In this document: positions 6,766 through 16,669 of the stretch, piece after piece
Position numbering within the stretch: the stretch's first letter is position 1
Layout: each line of letters starts with the position of its first letter
Assembly: GCA_030668875.1 (NCBI GenBank)
Contig: DAOVER010000008.1
Span: forward strand, 57,004 to 89,003
Direction: 5' to 3'
DNA length: 32,000 bases
Source of the DNA: Candidatus Heimdallarchaeota archaeon
Lineage (GTDB): Archaea; Asgardarchaeota; Heimdallarchaeia; Heimdallarchaeales; Heimdallarchaeaceae
The notes under the pieces: model-generated
The model's database searches: none
What the model saw: the letters and a program-made list of their open reading frames with translations, nothing else
What the model was told of the DNA's origin: nothing
Program-made: the position numbers and the translations under genes

Positions 6766-6950
6766 CGCATGTCACTTAAGTTGGACATTTTCTTTAGGAT
6801 TCCTTTTTCTAATAACCTTCTGATACCGTATCTTACCGTTCTTTCAGGCTGATCTACAGAACCCAATATCTGCTTTTGTGTCATTGGTCCACTCATATCC
6901 AGGACCTTCATGATATCTTCTCCACCACGAGGCAGTTTTCTTCTTTTCAT
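6672..6950 (-). CDS. Winged helix-turn-helix transcriptional regulator (archaeal MarR/ArsR-like)
   Basis: LP...IMKVL...GPMTQKQI......PERTVRYGIRRLLEKGIL....NL.DMR..YY pattern. The ATG at 6950 is preceded by GGTGA; the ORF track starts at GTG 6959. Confidence 0.85.
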   Translation of the reverse strand: MKRRKLPRGGEDIMKVLDMSGPMTQKQILGSVDQPERTVRYGIRRLLEKGILKKMSNLSDMRSVYYYLDLDIRANFEFLASSKNEVEVSQSN

Positions 6951-6998
6951 TATTTTCACCTTGTTTTTTCTTTCAACCTAGTTTTCCTTGGTTGTCTT

Positions 6999-7022
6999 AC
7001 TCTTTAGAGCCTCTCTAAGAGT
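6999..7022. promoter_or_regulatory. Near-perfect palindrome upstream of the wHTH gene (candidate operator)
   Basis: ACTCT(T)TAGAG-CCT-CTCTAAGAGT: 10-bp arms with one bulge, ~50 bp upstream of the wHTH start. Confidence 0.3.
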
Positions 7023-7351
7023 CGTCTTTTTTTATTGTGTTATTCTCTCCTATCATTAGTCCTTATAAACTTTTAGGAGAGCCAAATACCTCTACCCTAA
7101 TGAGTTTCAAGCCGTTTCCATACATATTGTTCATACGTATGTTCTTTTTTCCTATTTTTAGGAATTTGTCAGACTCTAACGTTCTAGCAATAATATATGC
7201 CACTTTTCCTATATATACCTTTCCAAAAATTGTGTGATAATCTAAAATTTCTCACTATTATTTGTTGAAAACTTGCATTTTTGGTTCTTTTCAGTTATAA
7301 ATTATTAAGACCATTAGTTAAATTTAAAACCGTCTTCACATTCATAATCTT

Positions 7352-7771
7352 GTGACCGACTATAAGAAAAGAGAGCTTTTACTTTTTTACGGAGGAGCTT
7401 ATCTGTTGATAGCTATTCTTATCACAGTTTTATTTCTCGTCATTCACGGTAATTTCTCTGGTACTAATATACTTGTAACATTTAGTATCTGGGGAATAAT
7501 CTGGCTAATATCCATGTTTGCTTATCCTATGTTCATAAGTGATGTCCAACCTGGTTTATTTGCACATGATCCTTTGTTAATTCTTTTTGGCTATGCTATA
7601 ATTGCAGTTGTATTGGTTGGTGTTTTCTTTATACACAAAAGGTTTGTTGAGGAGAAATATGGTAAAAAAGCGAGTTTCTCAAGAATTATTGATCTCTACT
7701 TTCCACCTCCTAAGAAAAAGAAAGTAGTTAAAACCAAAGAAAAACCAACACCTTTGAAAGAGGAGAAGTAA
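7352..7771 (+). CDS. Hypothetical membrane protein (3 TM, basic C-terminal tail)
   Basis: Three hydrophobic segments followed by a PPPKKKK tail; GTG start. Confidence 0.7.
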   Translation: MTDYKKRELLLFYGGAYLLIAILITVLFLVIHGNFSGTNILVTFSIWGIIWLISMFAYPMFISDVQPGLFAHDPLLILFGYAIIAVVLVGVFFIHKRFVEEKYGKKASFSRIIDLYFPPPKKKKVVKTKEKPTPLKEEK

Positions 7772-7837
7772 TAAATTTACGATTTTCTTAATGCTGAATA
7801 GAAAGTTTAATCTAACTACCGAAATATTTTGTTCCTA

Positions 7838-8953
7838 ATGCTTAATATTGGTTTTCTAATTAATCCTATTGCTGGTCTTGGTGGAAAAAAGGCTTGGAAA
7901 GGTACTGATTTTATTCAAGAAGCTTGGGAATTCTTTGAAAGAGGTGAAACTTACGCTTTTGAAAGAGTGAAACAAGCTCTAGACTCAATAGACCCTTCTC
8001 TTCCTATAACTTTCTATTATTGTGATGACCCAATGGGTAAATCTATTCTTGCCAATTATGATTTCGAGTGCGAACTTGTCTTCAATCCTTCCAAACAACG
8101 TACAACCGCAAATGACACACAAGAAGCTTGCAAAACATTTTTGCAGTTAGATTTAAATTTAATCCTTTTTGTTGGTGGAGATGGAACAGCTAGAGATGTT
8201 GCTTCTGTGGTTGGAGATAAAATTCCTGCCTTGGGAATCCCTTCTGGTGTAAAGATGTTTAGTGGTTGTTTTTTGTATAGACCAAACGATTTGGGTGAAA
8301 TCCTTGATGAAATGGTTCATGAAGAGATTGTTCTTGCTCCAGAAGATGTTATGGATGTAAACGAAGAATTGTTCAGAGAGAATAGGGTACAATCTTCCCT
8401 TTTTGGGCAATTAATTGTTCCTCAAAAAGCAGGCTTAATTCAAGGGGGAAAAATCTCTTCTTCTGGAGGCGTTATTGATGATTTCTATCCTCTTTCTGAG
8501 GAATTAGTAAATGAATATGATATTCTCAAGGGTATAGTAATATTGGGTACAGGAAGTACTGTATATCATATTATGAAAGCCATCGATATTGAGAAAACAT
8601 TACTAGGTATTGATGTTCTTATAGATGGTCAAATAAAATACAGAGATGTGAATGAAGAGCAATTGCACAAAATTACCATTGAAAAAGAAGTAAAAGTTCT
8701 ATTGACACCTATTGGGGGTCAAGGTTTTCTATTAGGACGAGGTAATCAACAAATTAGTTCAAGAGTTTTAAATAGGATTTCAATGTTTCAATTAATCGTC
8801 GTTTCTTCAGAGCAGAAATTAACGACCATTGATAAGCTTGAAATCGATTTGGAACAACCTGTAAACTTTGAGAGTATTAAGAATGGTTTCATTAGAGTAC
8901 TGATTGGTTATCATCAATACAAATTGAAGAAAATAAATGTTCAAATAAACTAA
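7838..8953 (+). CDS. ATP-NAD kinase family protein (COG3199-like)
   Basis: IGFLINPIAGLGG..(A)WKGTD N-terminus, GGDGTARD motif, GIPSGVKMFSG, TPIGGQGFLLGRGNQQIS. Likely ATG at 7838; the ORF track starts at TTG 7829. Confidence 0.85.
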   Translation: MLNIGFLINPIAGLGGKKAWKGTDFIQEAWEFFERGETYAFERVKQALDSIDPSLPITFYYCDDPMGKSILANYDFECELVFNPSKQRTTANDTQEACKTFLQLDLNLILFVGGDGTARDVASVVGDKIPALGIPSGVKMFSGCFLYRPNDLGEILDEMVHEEIVLAPEDVMDVNEELFRENRVQSSLFGQLIVPQKAGLIQGGKISSSGGVIDDFYPLSEELVNEYDILKGIVILGTGSTVYHIMKAIDIEKTLLGIDVLIDGQIKYRDVNEEQLHKITIEKEVKVLLTPIGGQGFLLGRGNQQISSRVLNRISMFQLIVVSSEQKLTTIDKLEIDLEQPVNFESIKNGFIRVLIGYHQYKLKKINVQIN

Positions 8954-9861
8954 ATTTCTTCTCTTAACCTGCTTCGTAGTTCATGAACATCGTCGTCATA
9001 TTCTCTCTTTATCAAATCCGTTGAATTACGAAATTCAATATTTTTAATTCTTTTAACGGTTTCAGGAATTTTATTGATAACTTCTCTCTGATATCTCTGA
9101 AGATTCTCTTCATCAACAACTTCTTCGTGTATCATTCCGCTTAGAATCAACGCTCTTTCAATAAATATTATGATTGGAAAACAAATATCATAAACGGATG
9201 CTCTTCCTTCTTCAACGACACACTGTTTCAAATTTCTAGCGATATCTGGGAGAATAACCCTATCAAGAATAAGTTGCTGACTTTTTGAGTTTGATAAATA
9301 ATCTAACAACTGAAGCATGTTATTTTTCATATCTGGACCAAAAATTTTGAAGTTGCGGGGCATGAGTGATAACATGTTGGCTTCATCGTATGCCTGAGGT
9401 AATCCACTATCTTCGATTGGAATCTCTTCTTTAGCTTTCTTTGCTTTTTTATCTTTCTTGGCTCCTTTTTCATCTTTTGGTGGTTTGACATCCGAAGTTA
9501 AATGAAATATTTTTCGAAGATCTAGAAAAACACCACGCCCTCTAAACACAAGATTATGTGCTTCACCTGGTTCATAGATGTATTTTCCTCCTTTCTCCAC
9601 TACTGCTTGGAAATTGCCATCTTCCCAAATTGGGATAGTGATTTTGAAACTGACAAATGGTTCCTCTTCTTTGGTAAAACTCTTTGCTGTACCTACCTCT
9701 GGTACAAGACCATTTTTATTTCCAATAAGAAAAACATTGTCAATTCCTGCATAATCTCCACTATATGCTAATTCTAATTCAACTTTTTTATCTTCTTTTA
9801 CATTAACTGATGACATATAAAGAGGAAAATCATCCTCGCTCGTACCACTCATGTTATTCAT
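8950..9861 (-). CDS. Hypothetical protein (beta-rich N-terminal domain, Lys/Glu-rich linker, helical C-terminal domain)
   Basis: 303-aa ORF with normal composition, overlapping the kinase stop by 4 nt. No confident family assignment. Confidence 0.75.
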   Translation of the reverse strand: MNNMSGTSEDDFPLYMSSVNVKEDKKVELELAYSGDYAGIDNVFLIGNKNGLVPEVGTAKSFTKEEEPFVSFKITIPIWEDGNFQAVVEKGGKYIYEPGEAHNLVFRGRGVFLDLRKIFHLTSDVKPPKDEKGAKKDKKAKKAKEEIPIEDSGLPQAYDEANMLSLMPRNFKIFGPDMKNNMLQLLDYLSNSKSQQLILDRVILPDIARNLKQCVVEEGRASVYDICFPIIIFIERALILSGMIHEEVVDEENLQRYQREVINKIPETVKRIKNIEFRNSTDLIKREYDDDVHELRSRLREEI

Positions 9862-9951
9862 ACCTAATTATTTATTTGTTCAAAAAAGGTTTTCGGAACT
9901 ATTAATCAGTTATAAGAAGAAAAATGAGAACTTCTAACTTGTAACATTAAG

Positions 9952-11091
9952 TTAAAAGTATTGTTTAAGGGTTTCTGCAATGTATTCTAGATTTTCTTCT
10001 GTTAATGAGGTAACCATCGGTAGCTCAAAATGTCGTTTTGCTATATTTTCTGCTACTGTGCATTTAACCTCTGAATAATCAGGATACTCAATAACTCTGG
10101 ATAAAGGCCAATTTGACAAATCTTGATAACATGGTTGTTGATATGATAATAAGGAATAGATTGTTCTGGATCCTATATTCTTTGACTTAAGATACTCGAT
10201 TATCTGCTCTCGAGTAATGCCCTCTTTCTGAATAAGAGGTGCCAGTATATAATCCGAATGTTGATGTCCTGGTAAGACTTTTTGTAGTTGAATCTCTTCT
10301 GTATCTTTGAGGAGTTCTCTATAACTATCTCCGTTATAATGTCTTTTTGATAAGATCTCTTCTGCTCTATCCATTTGCACATTCATTATTGCGGCTGACA
10401 TATCTGTCATACGAAAATTGTAACCAATTAAGTAGTGTGCATAACCCCCCGCTGGACTCCTACCATGGTTTTTTATGCTCTTTATTTTCTCAAATAACTC
10501 CTCATTATTTGTTGTAACCGCTCCTCCTTCTCCACCAACTAGATTTTTTGTTCCATAAAATGAATACCCAGCTACTTCACTGAAATTGCCAACATGTTTA
10601 CCTTCTATAGCTGCTCCATGTGCTTGAGCACAATCCTCTATTACTACTAGATTCCTGTCCTCTGCTATGTCTTTTATAGCACCCATCTCACAAGGATTTC
10701 CGAAAATGTGTACCGGCATTATAGCTTTAGTGTTTTTTGTAATGCTATCTTCGATTTTCTCAGGGTCTATATTATATGTTTCAGGATCTATATCAACAAA
10801 AACTGGTATTGCTCCCGTAAAAAGAATTGAATTTGAAGATGCTATAAACGTATAAGGTGTTGTGATTACTTCGTCTTTTGGACCAATTTCTAATGCTGCT
10901 AACGCAAGATGCAAAGCACAAGTTCCATTCACTACTGTTGTAACATATTTTGTTCCTGTAAAATCAGAAAACTTTTGCTCAAATGAACGAGCGTTCTTCC
11001 CCTCTACTAAATACTTGCTTTTTACTACATCTTGAACAGCTTGCAGTTCTTTTTCTTTAATATCTACATCAACAACTGGAATCATCATCAT
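9952..11091 (-). CDS. DegT/DnrJ/EryC1/StrS family PLP-dependent aminotransferase
   Basis: NGTCALHLAL, PVFVDIDPETYNID, IEDCAQAHGA, SFYGTKNL (PLP lysine), GYNFRMTD. Confidence 0.93.
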   Translation of the reverse strand: MMMIPVVDVDIKEKELQAVQDVVKSKYLVEGKNARSFEQKFSDFTGTKYVTTVVNGTCALHLALAALEIGPKDEVITTPYTFIASSNSILFTGAIPVFVDIDPETYNIDPEKIEDSITKNTKAIMPVHIFGNPCEMGAIKDIAEDRNLVVIEDCAQAHGAAIEGKHVGNFSEVAGYSFYGTKNLVGGEGGAVTTNNEELFEKIKSIKNHGRSPAGGYAHYLIGYNFRMTDMSAAIMNVQMDRAEEILSKRHYNGDSYRELLKDTEEIQLQKVLPGHQHSDYILAPLIQKEGITREQIIEYLKSKNIGSRTIYSLLSYQQPCYQDLSNWPLSRVIEYPDYSEVKCTVAENIAKRHFELPMVTSLTEENLEYIAETLKQYF

Positions 11092-11173
11092 TACACTCTA
11101 TAATTTAACTATTTTTGAGTAAATTTAAGTCCTTATTAACTTTATGGTGAGCTCCTTCACTCTAATTGCATCT

Positions 11174-12031
11174 TCACTTGAAACGATTACGAGTATTATA
11201 GATGAAATTCTTTAGATTGAAAAGTGATTTTAATTTGTTGCATTGCACGGTCTTTTCTTTGAGTTTTAAGGTGGCCCATTGAGCATTCACTAGAGCTCCA
11301 GGATTCATGATTAATGATCCTTCCCTAGTCTCATATCCTTGAGATTCATGAATATGACCTGCAAAAACATAATCATACTTTACGCGATTAATGTGCGCTA
11401 GAATATTTTTGCTACCTCCATGAGTTTTCAGAAATGGGAGATAGTCTGCTTTTGTGTTGAATGGAGGTTCATGAAATAGAGCAAATTTAGTTAAATTGGT
11501 ATCTAAATTAGAGTTTAACAACTTAGCTTCTAAAGCATGCAAATCTTTGATGATTTCAGTGTCTTCTTTCTCTCCAGGTGTTTGTAGAGCTTTTCTATAA
11601 GTAGCAGGAGAACAATATCCATATCCAGTAATAATCCATTCATCATGTTTGACAACGGTATTATCTAAATAGTATAGGTTATCATTATCTTTCGATTGTG
11701 AATTGAAAAATTCTCTAACATCTTCAGTTTCACTGTTTCCATGCGTAAAGAATACAGGATAATCTAATTTCAGCATGAGTTTAAGAAACTTAGATGCTGA
11801 TTTAATTTGAAATTTAACAAATTTCTCCCTATATTTCCCATAGACGAGATCAGTATATTTTTCCCGAGAAATAGTTTTGGTTTCAAGTATTGATTTTAAG
11901 ATTAACGGGTATGAAATTGTACCTGTGATGTCTCCCACAACAAAAAGTGCTTTCACTTGTTTGATTTTTGGAATAAGCCTATTTAGATTGCTAAATGAAC
12001 CATGAATGTCTCCAATAACTGCTATAGTCAC
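11174..12031 (-). CDS. Calcineurin-like metallophosphoesterase (Icc-related)
   Basis: GDIHG, GDITG, HGNSE, HEPP and GHIHE motifs. Confidence 0.88.
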   Translation of the reverse strand: MTIAVIGDIHGSFSNLNRLIPKIKQVKALFVVGDITGTISYPLILKSILETKTISREKYTDLVYGKYREKFVKFQIKSASKFLKLMLKLDYPVFFTHGNSETEDVREFFNSQSKDNDNLYYLDNTVVKHDEWIITGYGYCSPATYRKALQTPGEKEDTEIIKDLHALEAKLLNSNLDTNLTKFALFHEPPFNTKADYLPFLKTHGGSKNILAHINRVKYDYVFAGHIHESQGYETREGSLIMNPGALVNAQWATLKLKEKTVQCNKLKSLFNLKNFIYNTRNRFK

Positions 12032-13569
12032 AAACCATCACCAAGGATTTCTCCTATGTTTTGTTCGGCAATTTTGATAAAAGATCTTTTTTCTATTTGC
12101 TCTGAGATCCAATACACTTCTGCATCAAATATCTTATCGTCCTTCAGTGGAGGTATTTTTTCTCGAATAAATAAGTAAATATTGCTAAGAGTATTTGATA
12201 TGGTTCTGTTTTCCAAAAATTCTAAGCCTTGACATGCTGTGTAAATCTCAATCCCTACCATTTGAGTTACATTCTTCACCAATTGGTAAGCTTTCTTACT
12301 AGCTGTTAGTCCCATTGAAACATGATCTTCTTGGTTTGCCGATACAGAGGTGTTATCTATAGAAGCTGGTGATGAGAGTATTTTGTTTTCTCCCGACAAA
12401 GCTACATCAGCATATTGTATCATCATTAACCCAGAGTTTAAACCAGGTTTCTCACTAAGAAAAGACGGTAATCCAGATATTGAGGAATCTAATAGGAGGT
12501 TAACTCTTCTTTCAGATATGTTACCTAGATCTGTCATAGCTATGGCTAAATAATCCATCGCTAACCCGATTGGTTCTCCATGGAAATTACCTCCAGATAC
12601 CACCTCAGCTGTTACTTGATTTATCAGAGGATTATCTGTGGTTGAGTTGATTTCGATTTCAACCAGTCTTTTACTATGTTCAATTGCATCTATAATTGCT
12701 CCATGGACTTGAGGTGAGCATCTGATAGAGTATGGGTCTTGAATCCTTTTTGGTTGCTTAGATAGCAAATCACTGCCTGTAAGAACATTGAGAACAGATT
12801 TAGCAAATCTCATCTGGCCTTCATGAGGACGAAGATTCATGATAAATGAAGAAAATGCATCAATATTCCCATCAAAAGCTTCCAATGTTAAACCTATGGC
12901 AAGTACAGAATTCTTCAAGATGTTTTCTGAATCAAGAACAGTGTGTGCAGCAAATGAAGTTAACACATGTGTCCCGTTAATTAGTGAAATACCTTCTTTT
13001 GCATGGAGTTTGATAGGTGATAAATTGAGTGTCGAAAGGATATCAGAACTCTTTTGTACTTTATTTTCATATTTTGCCTCCCCTTCTCCTATGAGTACTC
13101 TTGCTATGTATGCAAGAGGAGAAAGATCCCCACTTGCTCCTAGAGAACCTATGCTAGGTACTATTGGTATGATATTGTTGTTAATTAGCTTCTCGAGCAT
13201 TTCCACAGTCCTGAGTCTTATTCCACTACCTCCTTTGCAGAAGGAATTAAGTTCTATAACCATTGCTCCTAAGACAATTTCATCAGGTAGATAAGGACCA
13301 AAACCTATACTATGTGATATGATAAGATTCCTTTGTAGTTTTTCTCTACCTAATGGAGATATAATTGTATTAGCAAGTTTTCCAAAGCCTGTTGAAACAC
13401 CATATATGATTTCATTCTTCTCAAGCTTATCTTCTATGATTTTTCTTGCTTTCTTAATTCTATTTTTTCCTCTTTCACCAATTTTTACCTTTTTTCCAAA
13501 TCTAGTGACTTCAATCAAATTTTTGATTGTCAGGGAATTTCCATCTAAGATGATAATTTCATGTTCCAT
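12028..13569 (-). CDS. hutH: Histidine ammonia-lyase (canonical signature)
   Basis: YGVSTGFG lid loop, LIISH, MIO-forming GASGDL, QDPYSIRC, SGGNFHG, NQEDHVSMG. Confidence 0.9.
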   Translation of the reverse strand: MEHEIIILDGNSLTIKNLIEVTRFGKKVKIGERGKNRIKKARKIIEDKLEKNEIIYGVSTGFGKLANTIISPLGREKLQRNLIISHSIGFGPYLPDEIVLGAMVIELNSFCKGGSGIRLRTVEMLEKLINNNIIPIVPSIGSLGASGDLSPLAYIARVLIGEGEAKYENKVQKSSDILSTLNLSPIKLHAKEGISLINGTHVLTSFAAHTVLDSENILKNSVLAIGLTLEAFDGNIDAFSSFIMNLRPHEGQMRFAKSVLNVLTGSDLLSKQPKRIQDPYSIRCSPQVHGAIIDAIEHSKRLVEIEINSTTDNPLINQVTAEVVSGGNFHGEPIGLAMDYLAIAMTDLGNISERRVNLLLDSSISGLPSFLSEKPGLNSGLMMIQYADVALSGENKILSSPASIDNTSVSANQEDHVSMGLTASKKAYQLVKNVTQMVGIEIYTACQGLEFLENRTISNTLSNIYLFIREKIPPLKDDKIFDAEVYWISEQIEKRSFIKIAEQNIGEILGDGL

Positions 13570-13750
13570 TATTACCTAAATCCATTTTGTTGGGTGCTAT
13601 TTATCCGTTACGCTTTCTAACATTAAGGAAAGTTATACAGATGTGAAAACACAGTTAATAAACATTATACCTCAATAACTCAAATCCTTTGGACAAAAAT
13701 TTTAAATGAAAGGCCTATAGTCTTCCTAAATCATATCAAGGGATTAGAAT

Positions 13751-15274
13751 ATGACTTACATTATAAAAGGTTCAGAATTAACAATTGAAGATGTAGTAAA
13801 GGTAGCGCGACATAATGAAAAGGTCGAGTTGCACCCTGATGCAATGGCTAGGATGATAAAATGTCGAACAATGCTAGAAGAAAAAATAGATGCCAGAGAA
13901 ATTATGTACGGTGTGAACACTGGAATTGGAGAATTTTCCGAAGTTGTACTAACTGATGAAGAGGTTGGTTTATTTCAAAAATATCTGATTTACAACCATG
14001 CCGCAGGTATAGGAGATCCTGCACCTCTAGAATATGTACGTGGTGCAATGCTAGGTAGAATTAATGTTTTAGCTCATGGTAATTCAGGAAATAGACCAAT
14101 TATTGCTGAAACACTAGTTGCAATGCTAAATAAGGGATTAACTCCATTTGTATGCCAAAAAGGATCTGTTGGTGCATCTGGCGATTTAGCACCTATGTCA
14201 CAAATTGCTCTCTTACTAATGGGTGAAGGAAGAGCCTACTATAAAGGTGAATTACTTGATGGCAAAGAAGCTATGGACAAAGCAGGTATTGAGGTTCCAG
14301 GTTTAAAAGCAAGAGATGGTTTAGCTGCAATTAACGGTTCAAATCTTCTTACAGCCATGAGCGCAATCTTCCTTTATGATTCTCTACGGTTCATAAAACA
14401 AGCAGAAATTGCTTGTGCAATGTCAATTGAAGCTTTAATGGGTAATATGAAACCATACACTCCACTGTTACATGAAGTTCGTGGTTTTCCAGGTGCAGTT
14501 AGATGTGCAAAGTCACTAACCAAACTTTTCAAGGGTGGAGACTTGTATGAAGGGAGACTCAAAGTTAAAGTTCAAGATGCATATTCAATGCGTTCAGCAC
14601 CACAAGTACTAGGAGCAGTTCATGATGCTTTAGCTTGGGCAAGATCTCAAGTTGAAATAGAGTTGAATGGTGTAGGGGATAATCCAGTTTTCTTCCCAGA
14701 TGAGAACATTCAGATAACCGGTGCCAATTTCCAAGGAACTCCTGTATGTTTACCTATGGATATGATTGGAGCTGCTATAACAATGGTTTGTGTAATGTCT
14801 GAAAGAAGGATGAATAGATTGAACCACCCAGCTCTAAGCGTGGGATTACCACCCTTCTTATCAAAAGGAGCAGGTTTAATGTCAGGTTTAATGCTTAGTC
14901 AATATACCGCTGATATGCAAATCGTTGAAATGAGGATTCTATCTATGCCAGCAAGTATTCAATCAATACCTGCGGCTGCAGATCAAGAAGATTTTGTGTC
15001 CATGGGCATGAATACAGCCATAAAGAACTTCCAAATAATGGATAATGCTTATGGTGTCTTAGGGATAGAATTTATGGCCGCTGCTCAAGCTTTAGACTTT
15101 CGAGAGTTTAAATTCGGTGATGGTGTAACTAAAGCCAAAGAGGTTATCAGACGACATGTAGAATTCCTAGATATAGACAGACCATTATATGATGATCATA
15201 CTGCAATGAAAGAATTGGTCAAATCTTGCGAAATTCTAGAAGATGTTGAAAAAGAAATTGGAAGCTTAGGCTGA
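13751..15274 (+). CDS. Second MIO-dependent aromatic amino acid ammonia-lyase (HAL/PAL family), substrate uncertain
   Basis: YGVNTGIG, LIYNHAAG, GASGDL, QDAYSMRS, GANFQGTP, DQEDFVSMG. Confidence 0.9.
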   Translation: MTYIIKGSELTIEDVVKVARHNEKVELHPDAMARMIKCRTMLEEKIDAREIMYGVNTGIGEFSEVVLTDEEVGLFQKYLIYNHAAGIGDPAPLEYVRGAMLGRINVLAHGNSGNRPIIAETLVAMLNKGLTPFVCQKGSVGASGDLAPMSQIALLLMGEGRAYYKGELLDGKEAMDKAGIEVPGLKARDGLAAINGSNLLTAMSAIFLYDSLRFIKQAEIACAMSIEALMGNMKPYTPLLHEVRGFPGAVRCAKSLTKLFKGGDLYEGRLKVKVQDAYSMRSAPQVLGAVHDALAWARSQVEIELNGVGDNPVFFPDENIQITGANFQGTPVCLPMDMIGAAITMVCVMSERRMNRLNHPALSVGLPPFLSKGAGLMSGLMLSQYTADMQIVEMRILSMPASIQSIPAAADQEDFVSMGMNTAIKNFQIMDNAYGVLGIEFMAAAQALDFREFKFGDGVTKAKEVIRRHVEFLDIDRPLYDDHTAMKELVKSCEILEDVEKEIGSLG

Positions 15275-15386
15275 AACTTCTAAAACATTAATTGAATGAG
15301 TAAACAATAAAAAAACTCATTACCTTTATTTTCTTTTTTTCAAATAGTTTGAAGTAAACTTTAAATTAACGCGTTTTCTAAAAAAT

Positions 15387-16658
15387 ATGACAATCATGAT
15401 TTCTAATCAAAAAGAAGGAATAATTCTAACGAGTGCCTCTGAGCTTTTTCTTGGGAATGCCACAAAATATGAACCTATTTACTCAAATGAAGTTCCTGAT
15501 AGTTTAGTAATACGTAATGGAGTGATAGAAGCCATAGGTGATTCATCTCGAATACTAGCCGAGTATACAAGAAGCGATTTTGAGATTATTGACTGTTTAA
15601 ACAAAACAATCTGTCCTGGTTTTGTAGATTCTCATACTCATTTGGTTTTTGCAGGTGACAGATCACACGAGCTAAGTTTGAAAATACAAGGAAAAACTTA
15701 TGCTGAAATCGCAAAAGGCGGAGGAGGAATATCCTATTCAGTTAATCAGACACGAGCTGCTTCTAAAGAAGAGCTTTCAGCACTTGCTATGAAACGACTA
15801 GATGAGATGCTAGTACACGGTACTACAACAATTGAGGCAAAATCTGGATATGGATTAAATCCAGAAGACGAAATTAAAATCCTCGAAGTAATAAATGAAG
15901 TTAATGAAAAACACCCAATAGATGTTATACCAACATTTTTGGGATGTCATACTAAACCCGAAGATTTCATAGGAAACCAATGGGAATATATTGAAAGTAT
16001 GATACTTCTTTTTCCGGAAATCAAAAGAAGAAGTTTAGCAGAATATGTTGATATTTGGACAGATCAAGGTGCATTTTCAATTGAAGAATCTGAACATTTC
16101 CTGAAAAAAGCATTAGATTACGATTTTAAGCTAAGAGTACATGCAGACGAGATGGAAAATGTCGGTGCAGCATTGATGGCTGCAACTATAGGCGCAACAT
16201 CTGCCGATCATCTCTTAAAAGCTGAAGCGATTTCTGCTCGTTCTATGGCAGATGCAGGAGTGGTCGCAAATTTACTCCCAGGAGCACCTTTTGTTCTAAT
16301 GTCAAAGAAATATGCAAATTATAACATGTTCAAAGATGCAGGTGTGACAGTAGCGTTGTCAACAGATTTTAACCCTAATTGTTATCTAACAAACATGCAA
16401 TTTGTTATAGCTCTTGGCTGCTTTATGATGAAAATGTTACCAGAAGAAGCTCTGTTAGCTGCAACTTATGGTGGAGCAAAATCTCTTAACAGAGAACAGC
16501 AAATTGGTAGTCTTGATCTTGGAATGAATGCTGATATCCTAATTCTAGATCTTCCAAGTGTTTCTTCGCTTCCATATCAGTATGCAGTTAATCATACAAA
16601 TATGATAATCAAGAATGGAAAACTAATTATGAAAAATAAAGAAAGAATAAAAGAGTAA
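15387..16658 (+). CDS. hutI: Imidazolonepropionase
   Basis: PGFVDSHTHLVFAGDR..E, GGGI..SV..TR, GTTTIEAKSGYGL, HADE, SADHL, ALSTDFNP. Confidence 0.93.
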   Translation: MTIMISNQKEGIILTSASELFLGNATKYEPIYSNEVPDSLVIRNGVIEAIGDSSRILAEYTRSDFEIIDCLNKTICPGFVDSHTHLVFAGDRSHELSLKIQGKTYAEIAKGGGGISYSVNQTRAASKEELSALAMKRLDEMLVHGTTTIEAKSGYGLNPEDEIKILEVINEVNEKHPIDVIPTFLGCHTKPEDFIGNQWEYIESMILLFPEIKRRSLAEYVDIWTDQGAFSIEESEHFLKKALDYDFKLRVHADEMENVGAALMAATIGATSADHLLKAEAISARSMADAGVVANLLPGAPFVLMSKKYANYNMFKDAGVTVALSTDFNPNCYLTNMQFVIALGCFMMKMLPEEALLAATYGGAKSLNREQQIGSLDLGMNADILILDLPSVSSLPYQYAVNHTNMIIKNGKLIMKNKERIKE

Positions 16659-16669
16659 TCCGTTATTTT

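Noticed and set aside
5581-7237. ORFs 5581..5769, 5592..5783, 6474..6659 and 7037..7237
   Set aside because: Antisense to better-supported genes, or short AT-rich intergenic frames with no support.
6960-7351. tRNA or other structured ncRNA in the 390-bp intergenic gap
   Set aside because: No cloverleaf, T-loop (GTTCRA) or GC-rich stems; the region looks like a divergent promoter region.
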